Shown here: positions 16,818 to 26,559 of the stretch, one piece after another
Layout: every line of letters begins with the position of its first letter
Numbering within the stretch: position 1 is the stretch's first letter
Program-made: the position numbers and the translations under genes
The notes under the pieces: model-generated
What the model was told of the DNA's origin: nothing
Seen by the model: only the letters and a program-made list of their open reading frames with translations
The model's database searches: none
Source of the DNA: Pseudomonadota bacterium
GTDB taxonomy: Bacteria > Myxococcota > JACRCW01 > JAFGSX01
NCBI GenBank assembly: GCA_043821645.1
Contig: JBDRCO010000023.1
Location: 169,141-233,140 of the forward strand
DNA length: 64,000 nucleotides
Direction of reading: 5' to 3'

Positions 16818-18911
16818 TCAGGCCATGTTCACGATGCCGGTCTCGGCGAGCACATAGAGCACGGCCAGGGCGCGCTGCTGTGCATCATGGGCCACGGCGC
16901 CACAGCTCAGGATCACCTGAGGCAGACTTCGCTCCCCGTCAATGGCCCGCACCACAGCGAGTTCGTCCGGACGGAGCCGAAGCGCATCGATGTGGGACGC
17001 CTTGGCATCGCGCAAATTGACAAGTCGCTGGCCACGCGGGACCAGGTTGGCCTTGAGCTCCTCGAGGGTGAAGGTACGGCGAATCGCGCGGGTCAGGAGG
17101 CCTGGCAAGGACGCGATGCGGAAGTGCACGGTGACCGGAGGCGGCGCTTCTGGAAAAACCCGCACCCGGGCATGCGGCCAGGCGAAGCACGGATAGAGAC
17201 GGCTACGCAGCAAGGCGCCGAGGTCACGGCGCTGCGCCTCGACGTCGACATCCGGCAGCCTGAGCAGGGCCACGTCGATGGGTACCAGGCGCGTCAGGGT
17301 CTCGTTCAGAGCCAGGCGCGCTCGCCTCGCCCGCTGGTCCTCGATGCGGAGCATCAGGGCGGGCAACCCATCCTTATGGCGTGAACTCGCCACGTAGAGA
17401 AGACGCCCCTCCTTCAGGTACAGCTCGCGCCATTGATCCGGCGTCGCGTTCTCGATGCGCAGCAGCCCACTGAGGCGACGCAACGAAGCCTCGTAGAGCA
17501 CCCGGGTCAGGGAGACCTCGGCAAGCGAGATCTCGAGGCGTGGTGGTCCCTGCGGCGGCGGCCAGGCAGCCACGGTATCCCACAGGCAGGCCTCGCCAAA
17601 GCGTCGGACCGGGATGTGCGGTGCCCCGACCAACCCGAGCTGCCGCACGCTCCCGTCATCCTTGGCGAGCCTGTCGACGAGCGCCTCCAGTTTCACCTCC
17701 CCGAGAAGCTGATCGCCAGCACCCAGAAGCTGGACCAGCGGCTCAGGCGGCGCACGCTCGTCGATGTCAAAATCGAAATCTTCACCAGTCCCCAGCCCAG
17801 GATCGGTCTCGATCTGCGAGCCCATGGGCTCTATCCAGCTCGCCGGTGGCTCCGGATCAAACGCGGTGTTGCCCCCCATCTGCAGGGCCAGGATGCGCGA
17901 GGTGTTGTCGGTGAAATCGCCCCAGTCGTCATCGCCGACCTGGCCGCGGGGCAGTGGTGGCGGGAGCACGAGGGGCAGGGCCTCGAACGGAAAGAGTGAA
18001 CTCATCACGTCGCCAATGCGCCTGCGGTTCCAGCGCAAGCGGCGCGCGAAGAGAAAATCGCTCAGGGCTTCTTCCAGCTCCTGGGCGCTTTGAAAGCGCT
18101 TGTCGCGGTCCTTGACCAGCGCCTTTTGCACGATGCGATCGATATCCGGGGCGATCCGCGGGTTGAAGTTCGAGGGCGGGGGCGCCTCCTCGCCTCGAAC
18201 CTTGACCAGCACCTCGACGTCGGTGCGGCCAGTGAAGAGACGTTGGCCGGCCAGGGTCTCCCACAGACTGACCCCGGCGGCGAAGACATCCGCCCGCTGA
18301 TCCACTTCGAGGTGCTGCAAGATCTCTGGCGCCAGGTAGCCGTACTTGCCGCGCAGCTCGTGACCGGCCTCGTCGCCCGCGCCGTGCGACACCCCGAAAT
18401 CCCCGAGCTTCACTTCACCACTGAAGGCCACATAGATATTGGCCGGCGTGACATCGCGATGCACCAGCCCCAGGGGTTTGCCGTCGGGACCCGGTGCCGC
18501 GTGGGCGAAGCCCAGACCCTTGAGCATCTCGACGAAGCAATGCAGCGTGAAATCTACGGGCAGGTCGAAGCTGCGGGCCTGGGCGCGCTTGAGCACCTGC
18601 AACAGGTCCGCGCCGTGCACGTACTCCAGCACGATGAAGGGCTGGCGCCCCTCCTGGCCAAGCGACAGGGTCTGCACGACATTGGCATGCTGCAAACCAC
18701 TCGCGGTCTTGGCCTCGGTGATGAACATCTCGACGAAGCGGGGCTGCGCAGCCAGCGGGCCGAGCAATCGCTTGATCACCGCTATCTTCTCAAAGCCCTG
18801 CGCTCCGTGGGTCCTGGCCAGGTACACCTCTGCCATGCCACCGGTTCCGAGATGCCTGAGCAACTCGTAGTCGCCGAACCAGTGAGGAACAAAGATGCTC
18901 GTCGGCTGCAA
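16818..18911 (-). CDS. Hanks-type Ser/Thr protein kinase with C-terminal DUF4388-like region
   Basis: LGTGGMAEV, IKR, HRDVTPAN, DFG, YLAPE and DVFAAG motifs; probable TTG start at 18911 after GGAGGAG. Confidence 0.9.
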   Translation of the reverse strand: MQPTSIFVPHWFGDYELLRHLGTGGMAEVYLARTHGAQGFEKIAVIKRLLGPLAAQPRFVEMFITEAKTASGLQHANVVQTLSLGQEGRQPFIVLEYVHGADLLQVLKRAQARSFDLPVDFTLHCFVEMLKGLGFAHAAPGPDGKPLGLVHRDVTPANIYVAFSGEVKLGDFGVSHGAGDEAGHELRGKYGYLAPEILQHLEVDQRADVFAAGVSLWETLAGQRLFTGRTDVEVLVKVRGEEAPPPSNFNPRIAPDIDRIVQKALVKDRDKRFQSAQELEEALSDFLFARRLRWNRRRIGDVMSSLFPFEALPLVLPPPLPRGQVGDDDWGDFTDNTSRILALQMGGNTAFDPEPPASWIEPMGSQIETDPGLGTGEDFDFDIDERAPPEPLVQLLGAGDQLLGEVKLEALVDRLAKDDGSVRQLGLVGAPHIPVRRFGEACLWDTVAAWPPPQGPPRLEISLAEVSLTRVLYEASLRRLSGLLRIENATPDQWRELYLKEGRLLYVASSRHKDGLPALMLRIEDQRARRARLALNETLTRLVPIDVALLRLPDVDVEAQRRDLGALLRSRLYPCFAWPHARVRVFPEAPPPVTVHFRIASLPGLLTRAIRRTFTLEELKANLVPRGQRLVNLRDAKASHIDALRLRPDELAVVRAIDGERSLPQVILSCGAVAHDAQQRALAVLYVLAETGIVNMA

Positions 18912-18938
18912 AGGACTCCTCCGGCGCGTGACCGGCGC

Positions 18939-18967
18939 ATGGTAGGCAGAGACAGCCCCCGTTTCAA
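18939..18967 (-). promoter_or_regulatory. Candidate sigma70 promoter of the kinase gene
   Basis: TTGAAA-17 nt-TACCAT, followed by GGAGGAG and TTG. Confidence 0.55.
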
Positions 18968-19120
18968 GCAGACACGGCCCCATGCCTCGCGGTCACATTC
19001 GACGTCTGCGGTCAGGTCGAAGCTGGAGCCGGTGAACGTGCCGCCCGACCACGCAACCGCACGCAGCACGGCCCACACCCTACGACTCGAGCTCCGTGAT
19101 TGGCAGGGACATCGACGCAC

Positions 19121-21016
19121 TCAACGCAGGTTGTTGCGGACCGAGCCTGTTCGACGGCAGCGCCATCCTAAAAGCCCCAGCAGGAAAAGAATCCCAGGCC
19201 GGGAGACACTCGTTCTGCACTGGCAGCCTGCGGTGCTGGGAGTAGGCGGATCGCACGGCTCCCCGACGCAGGCCAGTGAGCGGTCGTCCGCGTCTCCACC
19301 CGAGACTGCTGCATCGACACCAGTGTTCGCGACGCTGTCGTTCGTGGCCAAGTCCGAGCCTGCCCAAGCGTCACCCGTGTTGCTGGCATCGACGGGAGCA
19401 ACGGTCCCGACGTCAGCCAGGCTGGTTCCCGCATCCGGAGTGCCTGCATCAGCGGCCATGCACTGACCTTGCGCGCAGGTCTGCTCCGCACCACATGCAC
19501 CACACACGCCGCCACAGCCGTCCGGTCCACAGACGCGCCCCGCACAATCGGGCACACAGCCAGCACGTGGCTTTCCCCATAGCATGGTGCGTGCGTAGCC
19601 CAGCCCCAGGCTGGCGCCCATGCAGAACTCGCCCACCGCGGTCGGGCCCTCCAGAAACCACATGTACGGATCCTGCAGATCCTCGCCGAGCACAAACCAG
19701 CGCAGCACGTCCCAGGCGTAGAAGTAGCAGGGGCCCATATGCAGGCCCCCCGCCACCAGGGCCCGGGTGTCGTAGCCCCGGTCCGCCATCAGGGGCTCGA
19801 CCATGAGAATCTGGCGCTTGCCGCGGTTGGTCATCTCGACCAGGTCGGCGTACTTGTCGTTGCCCGGGCTGCGGCCCATGTCCATCCAGTCGGCATAGCC
19901 CCAGTTCTCCTGGATGAAGGTGGTGGAGCCAACGCGGGCGCTGTCGCTGCCCGCGCAGAGGTCGGCGATCGCCTGGTATGGGTAGAACACGTAGAGGTAG
20001 CGGCGCAGGGTGCCCTGACCGGGGTCGGGCGGATACGCACTGAGGCCGGCGCCGCGCATCCTCCAGTAGATGCCACCGATGTAGAAGGCCAGCAGTTCCC
20101 GCTCGCGGTCACTCAGCGCCGGGTGCAGCAGCTCTGGGCGCACCCGCCCCTGGGCCTCGACGGCGGCGCGGTCGTCCGCGGCCTGGGCCAGCCCCTCGCT
20201 GTACAGGGTGTTCAGCCCGCTGCGCACCGCCGTGAGCTCGTCGACCAGGGTCCCGATGGTGGTGGCCAGACTCTGTCGCGCCACACTGTCAAAGCAGCTC
20301 GTGTTTGCCTGCAGCAGCCCGAGCACACTGGCATAGGCGTCGAGGCGACTCTGGAGCTGGGCCTGCAGCGGGTCATGGCGGATCTTGGCGATCACTCTTC
20401 GAGCAGTCGCGACAAAATCGTCCGGGAGCAGGCCAGACGGGTATTCGACATGGGTCAGGGCTTCACCAGCGTAACTGATGAGGCCCTCGAAGCTGGACAG
20501 GTACTCGCCGGTGACCGCTCCCGGAGTCTGCCTGAAGACAAAGGTCTCGGGGAACTCCACCTCGAGACAGGTCTCGTCGACGTGCTCGAGGGCAGCGCCT
20601 ATTCGAGTGTTCACGCCCTGACAGGCCAGGGACGGGTTCGGCACCAGCAAGTTCGGGACGCTGAAGCGAGCATGCTCGACGCAGGACTGCGGGACCCGAT
20701 CCCAGGCCGGGTCCTCCCCTGGCCCAGACGCCGCGGCGCGCTCCAGGGCGTCGACGACATCCGTGAAGAAGTACAGATCCGCCAGGTCGACACTGCGAGC
20801 CTCCAGTTGCCCGGGGGGCAAGCCAGGGAGGTCGGTGCCGAGCTCGGCGAGTTTCTCCTCGACGTAGGCCGGATTCGCCGTGTCTTGAGGATCGAGATCA
20901 AAGGGCCAGGGATTCGGCTGGCCGCGCGAGAGAGCCGGCACGAGCAGGCAGATCACAAAGGGGAGCACGCCGAAGCAGCGAGGCTGGGACCGGGGAGCGG
21001 CGCGGTACTGCGACAT
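19121..21016 (-). CDS. Secreted protein of unknown function with a Cys-rich module and MYXO-CTERM-like sorting tail
   Basis: Signal peptide; CVPDCAGRVCGPDGCGGVCGAC module; DAG-rich linker; ends GCQC, hydrophobic stretch, WRCRR. Confidence 0.75.
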   Translation of the reverse strand: MSQYRAAPRSQPRCFGVLPFVICLLVPALSRGQPNPWPFDLDPQDTANPAYVEEKLAELGTDLPGLPPGQLEARSVDLADLYFFTDVVDALERAAASGPGEDPAWDRVPQSCVEHARFSVPNLLVPNPSLACQGVNTRIGAALEHVDETCLEVEFPETFVFRQTPGAVTGEYLSSFEGLISYAGEALTHVEYPSGLLPDDFVATARRVIAKIRHDPLQAQLQSRLDAYASVLGLLQANTSCFDSVARQSLATTIGTLVDELTAVRSGLNTLYSEGLAQAADDRAAVEAQGRVRPELLHPALSDRERELLAFYIGGIYWRMRGAGLSAYPPDPGQGTLRRYLYVFYPYQAIADLCAGSDSARVGSTTFIQENWGYADWMDMGRSPGNDKYADLVEMTNRGKRQILMVEPLMADRGYDTRALVAGGLHMGPCYFYAWDVLRWFVLGEDLQDPYMWFLEGPTAVGEFCMGASLGLGYARTMLWGKPRAGCVPDCAGRVCGPDGCGGVCGACGAEQTCAQGQCMAADAGTPDAGTSLADVGTVAPVDASNTGDAWAGSDLATNDSVANTGVDAAVSGGDADDRSLACVGEPCDPPTPSTAGCQCRTSVSRPGILFLLGLLGWRCRRTGSVRNNLR

Positions 21017-21269
21017 GATGCTCCCTGGCTTACCGAAGGCCCGGCTTCCGTGCTGCTTGCGGAGCGGCATGGGACTGCCTGTGTTGGCTGTCGTTCCACT
21101 CATGGCAGCTCAAGTATGAGCATGTAGGTTGAGGTCACACATCGGTCGATCGGACGATGAGCGCAGGCGCAGGTCGATCGAATGCAGGATGACTTTTTCA
21201 CCCGCTACAGGCCGGAATGACACCAGGTACTGGTCATGGTGGGAGAAAACGGTCGTGGACGCGTTCGGA

Positions 21270-24200
21270 TCAGGAATCCACGCGCACCTTGAGCGGTGAG
21301 GCCCAGGCCTTGTGCTCGGCGGTGTAGTACAGGTAGGTCGAGGATGCGGGCGCGGTGTAGGTGCCAGGCACGTTGGCCACCAGGTCGATGGCAACCTCCT
21401 TCTTGGCGCGCGGCGGCAGGGCCCTGTAGTACACGATGACCTCGCGCGGCCGGGTCTCGTAGAAGTCGACCAGCTTCTTGTCGACCAGCTCTTTGAGCTG
21501 CCAGGTCTGGAAGGTCAGGCCGCCGGGGATGCCAATGCGGATGAGGGTCATGGGCAGGCCCTCGTCGCTGGTGCTCTCGAGGTTCGCCGTCACCCTCACG
21601 GTCTCGCCCATCTTGACCTCGCTCTTGGCTGCGGTGGTGGTCAGTTTGAGCGGTACCTCCGGGCTGTTGGCGGGATCGTTGCTCCGGTAGTCCACGCTCA
21701 CGGTGTAGGGCAGCTCTGCCGCCGAGGTCAGCACCAGCTCCACGGTGTTGGCGCCGGCGGTCAGGTGCTTGCCGAGATCCTCGAACACGATGGGCTCGTT
21801 GCGGCCGGCATCGAAGCTCAGGGTCTGCACGGTGTCACCGTTGACCTTGATGGCGATCTCGCCCCCAGCCTTCATGCGCTTGGCAGCGCGGTCGTAGGCC
21901 GTGATGGCCTTGAGCGCCAGGATGGTGGCCTGGGTCGAGCCGAAACCGCCGTAGCCTGAACTCTGGGTGAGCAGCCACTGCATCGCGCGCTGCAAGGCCA
22001 CGGGCTGCTTGCCGTCCTTGGCCAGGGCCAGAATGGCCAGCGAGGTGGTCTCCACGTCGAGACTCTGGCCACCGGAGCGGGTGACCGAGTGGGTGGTGCC
22101 GGCGAAGCGGCCATCCTTCTGCTGCAGCTTCTCGAGCCTGTCGACCAGGGTTTTCGCCGCGCTGCCCCGGGTGTTGAGCTGGGCGTTGGCGGCGAGCGCC
22201 ACGATGTAAGGATCGCTCGAGGTCTTGGCGCGGTTGGTGACCGTGGTGAGTTCGAGGTCGAGGTCGCTCATCCCGGCCTCGGTCAGGGCGTACACGATGT
22301 AAGCATCGGTGACCTCGGTGCTGGCGCCGCCAAAGCTGTCCAGGGCGCGGCTGTTGCGCTGGAACCCACCCTTGCCGTCGCGGCGACTGTACAACCACTT
22401 CTTGGTGCGCTCGATCATGGCGCTGTCGACGCCGCCAAACACGGCCTTCATGTCGACAAACTCCATCAGGCCGTAGGCGGTCAGGGCCTCGTGCCCCGGG
22501 TCGCCACCGAACCACTCGTAGCCCTTCTGCGGACTCTCATAACCGGCGATCTTTCCGTAGCCCGAGGTCAGCAGCCGGCTCGAGCGCTCGACGATGGCGG
22601 GCTCGGCCGCGTCGTGTTCCTGCAAGTAGCGCATGACCATGATGTTGGGGTAGTTGCTCGACGAGGCCTGCTCGAAGCAGCCAGAAGGCTCCTGCAGGAT
22701 GCTCGCCACGCCGCTGAGCATCTGTGCCGCGGGCGACGGGTAGAACGAGACCACACCCGCCACACTGCCCTCGACCGCACCCTTGAGGTCGAAGCTGTGG
22801 GAGGCCTTCTTGGCCAGGTTGCCGCTCTGCGAAAGGTTGCGCGGGAAACCAAGTGGCACCACCTTGAGCTGGCGCGTGAACTCGTCCTTGAGCCCCTGGG
22901 CCATGGCACCGATGCGAACCTCGGTCTGGCCCATCCGTCCCACTACCTCGAGGGGGAACAGCAGGGTGCGGCCCGTCGACGCGCCCAGGTCGACGCTGCC
23001 CGGGACCACATTCTCGAGCAGCTTGATTTGCTCGCCGAAGGTCGTGGTCAGGGCCACGCCCAGGGGCAAGGCGGTCTCGTTCTTCAGGGTCAAAGGCAGG
23101 CTGATGAGGTCGCCAGCCGACACCTCGAGGGGCAGCTTGACGTCCATGAAGAAGGGCAGCTTGGACGACAGTACAGTCTCGTTGCGGCCGGCCTGGCCCG
23201 CATTCGAGATACCCTCGGCGGTGATGCGAAACGATGTCACGGCGTCGGACAGGTAGAAGGTCACGGAGCCCTTGCCGTTAACGTCCGTCGACACTGAGGG
23301 ATTCCAGTACACGGTCTCGCGGAAGTCGGTGCGCGGACCGTCCCAGGGTGCGCTGTAGTCCGGCACCGGGAACACGCGAACCTTGGCCCACTCCCACGCG
23401 GGTTGCGCCTTGGCCTGGTCGCCGGCGCCGGCCCAGTCCCCGTCGGCTGCGACGACGGGTTGGGGCTCGGCCGCGGCCGGGGCTGCGGCGATCTCGTTGA
23501 GGGCCATGGCGCGCCCCATGGCTCGCTTGTCCTCGGCCCTATCCATCTTCTCGGCCTTCTTGCCTGCGAGCACCCTGGCGGGAGCCCTCGCCTCGACCTC
23601 GGGCTCTGCCATGGCCAGCAAGCCGTCCTTGGCCGGCGCGGGACCCGCAGGCGCGGGCTTCTTCATCGCCGGTGCCGGGGCAGCCATCGGCATGTCCGCG
23701 GGCGGAGGTGGTGCGGCTTGCTGAGCCATCATGGGCCTCGGCCGCTTGTCAGGTCTGGCCGCCCGCGCCGCCTGCTTTCCCTCTCGCATGCCTCCCTTGC
23801 GTTGGGCCATCGCGGCGAGAGGCCTGGCGTCATCGTCGTCGGCCGCGAGCATGGCCCCGCGATCCATCATGTCGCCAATGGCGCCGCCAGCGCCGGTGGC
23901 CACCGAGGTCCGGGGTGGAGGCGGCGACCACTGCAGCACCTTCTGCCACTCGAAGCGGCGCCAGCCGCGAGTACCGAGCAGCATGTCCAGCGCACCCACC
24001 GCCTTGGCTTTTTCTTGATCAAAGTAGAAGTTGGGCTCCTCGATCTTGCCCGGCAGCTCCTTCTCCAGGAACAGGTGGGTCAGCATGTGCGCGGTCTTGT
24101 CATCGGCGAAGCTGAGCACCGTGTCATCGACGACGGAGAGCGCGAGATCGGCGGCCACGGGTTTGCCGGCCAGGTCCGTGGTCTCGACGTTGAGGGTGAC

Positions 24201-25694
24201 CTGCCCGCGGGGGGTGTAGCTGCCGCGGTCGGGCTTGACGGTGATCTTCAGATCCTTGTGCCAGGCGCGGTAGACCAGGCGCTCGGCCAGGGGCTCCATG
24301 GTCTCCGAGAACACTGTCAGCCGGGCCACGCCCTGCATCTCGGAGGCAGCCAGGGGCAGATGCACGATGGCCGGCTTGCCGGGAGCGACCTGCGCCGTCG
24401 CTGTGCCCATGCGCTTCTCGCGCATCACGGCGTTGACCAGGACTGTCCGCGGCTCGGTGCAGTGTACAGCGCAACGGATGGTGGGCTCGGCCCCACGCGG
24501 ATCGTCAAACGTGCGCAAGGTGCAGCCCGTCTCGCTGGCGACGGGCAATGCGAATCGCTCGATGACGCCCACGGGCCTGGTGATCTCGGCAAAGTAGCTG
24601 CGCCCCGTGGCCGGCGTCAGGTCAAAGCGCCCCTGGCCGTCGTGGTACGAGGTGAAGGTGGCCATGGTCTGGCCGTGATCGTCGACCACCTTGCCCTCGA
24701 CGTCCGCGGGCTTGTCGATCATGTTCTGCGCTGCGAAGTACACGCGCGAGGGCAGGCCCTGCACCAGGTCCCCGCCCTCGGGGAAGAAGCTGAGCTTGAG
24801 CTTGTTGAGCACGATGGGCACGCGCTTGGTGATGGACTCGGTGATGCCCATGTCCTCGACCAGCACCGTGAGGATGCCGTCGCCGCGCTCGATGGCGGCG
24901 GGCAGGACCACGCGCACCAGCGCCGCACCCTTGTCGTCGGTCTTGACCTTGACCCGGGGCAGTTCGTTGCCATCCAAGGTGAGCACGCCGGTGAGGTCGC
25001 GACCGGCGAAGATCTCGCCGGTGGAGCGCTTGACCTCGATGGTGGCGCTGGCCGTGTCGCCCGGCCCGTAGGCCTTGCGCACGAAGTCCATCTTCATCTT
25101 GAAGCGCGGCGGCTCGTAGCTGTTCACGATGAGCGGTCGCTCGTCGCTGGTTCCGTCGTCGGTGAGCACCTTGAGGATGTACTCGCCGCCCTGGACCTCC
25201 TCGGGCAGGTCGAAATCACTGGCCGCGTAGCCACGCTGCAGTTGCACACGCTTCTGCAGCACCACCGCACCCTTGGGGCTGATGAGCTGGGCACTCAAGC
25301 CCTGGCCGCTCGCCATGTCGATGAGAGAGGTGCTGTTGACAGCCAGAGCCCTGAACCAGATGGTCTCGCCGGGCTGGTACAGCGGCTTGTCGAGCTGGAT
25401 GTAGATGCGCTTGCTCGGGTTGTGCGCGAAATAGCCATCGGCCTTCTGCACGAAACCCTTCTGCGCGTCACCAGCCTCCGCCACGCCCGCCTGGGCGGGA
25501 GCCTGCTCCGTCGTGGCCTCCTGCGCCACGAGGCCCGCATCGATGGAGACCTGTGTGGCGACGGGCTGGCTGGTGGCCACGGCCGCATCGGTCGTTGCGG
25601 GTTCAGGGGGGCCCGGTGGGCAGCCCAGGGCGAGACCCAGTGAGAGTGTTGCCAACACGGACAACGTGTGTCGCGAGTTCCAAGAGGCGTGCAT
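21270..25694 (-). CDS. Alpha-2-macroglobulin-family thioester lipoprotein
   Basis: Lipobox LALGC; DKPLYQPGE (MG2); RTDFRETVYWNP...LSDAVTSF; thioester PSGCFEQ at 22668-22679; GGFGSTQAT; C-terminal receptor-binding-like domain. Confidence 0.92.
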   Translation of the reverse strand: MHASWNSRHTLSVLATLSLGLALGCPPGPPEPATTDAAVATSQPVATQVSIDAGLVAQEATTEQAPAQAGVAEAGDAQKGFVQKADGYFAHNPSKRIYIQLDKPLYQPGETIWFRALAVNSTSLIDMASGQGLSAQLISPKGAVVLQKRVQLQRGYAASDFDLPEEVQGGEYILKVLTDDGTSDERPLIVNSYEPPRFKMKMDFVRKAYGPGDTASATIEVKRSTGEIFAGRDLTGVLTLDGNELPRVKVKTDDKGAALVRVVLPAAIERGDGILTVLVEDMGITESITKRVPIVLNKLKLSFFPEGGDLVQGLPSRVYFAAQNMIDKPADVEGKVVDDHGQTMATFTSYHDGQGRFDLTPATGRSYFAEITRPVGVIERFALPVASETGCTLRTFDDPRGAEPTIRCAVHCTEPRTVLVNAVMREKRMGTATAQVAPGKPAIVHLPLAASEMQGVARLTVFSETMEPLAERLVYRAWHKDLKITVKPDRGSYTPRGQVTLNVETTDLAGKPVAADLALSVVDDTVLSFADDKTAHMLTHLFLEKELPGKIEEPNFYFDQEKAKAVGALDMLLGTRGWRRFEWQKVLQWSPPPPRTSVATGAGGAIGDMMDRGAMLAADDDDARPLAAMAQRKGGMREGKQAARAARPDKRPRPMMAQQAAPPPPADMPMAAPAPAMKKPAPAGPAPAKDGLLAMAEPEVEARAPARVLAGKKAEKMDRAEDKRAMGRAMALNEIAAAPAAAEPQPVVAADGDWAGAGDQAKAQPAWEWAKVRVFPVPDYSAPWDGPRTDFRETVYWNPSVSTDVNGKGSVTFYLSDAVTSFRITAEGISNAGQAGRNETVLSSKLPFFMDVKLPLEVSAGDLISLPLTLKNETALPLGVALTTTFGEQIKLLENVVPGSVDLGASTGRTLLFPLEVVGRMGQTEVRIGAMAQGLKDEFTRQLKVVPLGFPRNLSQSGNLAKKASHSFDLKGAVEGSVAGVVSFYPSPAAQMLSGVASILQEPSGCFEQASSSNYPNIMVMRYLQEHDAAEPAIVERSSRLLTSGYGKIAGYESPQKGYEWFGGDPGHEALTAYGLMEFVDMKAVFGGVDSAMIERTKKWLYSRRDGKGGFQRNSRALDSFGGASTEVTDAYIVYALTEAGMSDLDLELTTVTNRAKTSSDPYIVALAANAQLNTRGSAAKTLVDRLEKLQQKDGRFAGTTHSVTRSGGQSLDVETTSLAILALAKDGKQPVALQRAMQWLLTQSSGYGGFGSTQATILALKAITAYDRAAKRMKAGGEIAIKVNGDTVQTLSFDAGRNEPIVFEDLGKHLTAGANTVELVLTSAAELPYTVSVDYRSNDPANSPEVPLKLTTTAAKSEVKMGETVRVTANLESTSDEGLPMTLIRIGIPGGLTFQTWQLKELVDKKLVDFYETRPREVIVYYRALPPRAKKEVAIDLVANVPGTYTAPASSTYLYYTAEHKAWASPLKVRVDS

Positions 25695-25839
25695 GAGTCC
25701 CTCCGCAGCCGCGCGACAAAGCGCGGTGCCATCCCAGCGGTGCTTTCAGCTCCGCAAGCGTAGACCTGTCTGTGGCAGTGTCAACGCGCGACGGTGCCGC
25801 ACGATCTGCGCCCTCCCCAGTTCCCCGCGGGAGCAGCGT

Positions 25840-26511
25840 TCAGCGTTCCTCGGTCCGAGGACGAAATGAACCGATGAAAGCTCTGGCCTCGAGCTCATCG
25901 ATGCGCTTCTCGTCGTCAAAGTAGGCAGCCACCGCTGCGCCCTTGCCCGAGGAGACCAGCACGGCATGCCATCTCACGCGCAGCTCGCTGTCCTCGGCAG
26001 TGGTCGTGGCGTCGAAGCACAGTGCGCGCCGCCCCGCGACCTCGCAGGGCTGTGACTTCACCTCGGCGTTCCGCGTCCCCTGACCGCTGGCCTGCCCCAT
26101 GGCCTCGAGAAGATCCTTCTCGTCGAGCTCCACCTCCAGGCGACCGATCGCGGCCGTGGCCTGCTGGCTCCCGCCGTCCTCCGAACGCGCGAAGATGGCG
26201 ATCTTTCCGAGCACCGGCAGGCGAAGCGCGCCCTTGGGGCTGAAGCCCGGCGGCAGGACATACTGCGCCACCTCCTGTGCCGCGCGCTCCACCTCGGCGG
26301 GCTCCTCGACCACGGAGCGTTCGACCACCTTGCCGCAGGCATAGACCGAGATGACCGCCAGCACGGCCAGCACGCCAAGGGTGACGAGGCAGCCCTTGAG
26401 ACAGCCGCCACCCTTCTTGTCACGCGCCCGCCGGCTGGTCGGGCCCAGCGGCTGCGCGTGCTCGCTGTCGTCAATGGGGGCGAATCCGTTGTCGAGATGG
26501 CGATCACTCAT
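25840..26511 (-). CDS. Hypothetical single-pass membrane protein
   Basis: KKGGGCLKGCL followed by a TM helix and a soluble domain. Confidence 0.65.
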   Translation of the reverse strand: MSDRHLDNGFAPIDDSEHAQPLGPTSRRARDKKGGGCLKGCLVTLGVLAVLAVISVYACGKVVERSVVEEPAEVERAAQEVAQYVLPPGFSPKGALRLPVLGKIAIFARSEDGGSQQATAAIGRLEVELDEKDLLEAMGQASGQGTRNAEVKSQPCEVAGRRALCFDATTTAEDSELRVRWHAVLVSSGKGAAVAAYFDDEKRIDELEARAFIGSFRPRTEER

Positions 26512-26559
26512 GTCTGGCTCGCGTACCCGCGTCCCGGGTCACATACCCTCGACATTTTT

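Noticed and set aside
25716-25732. Sigma54 promoter upstream of the A2M gene (TGGCAC...)
   Set aside because: The -12 GC is absent at GG-N10 spacing.
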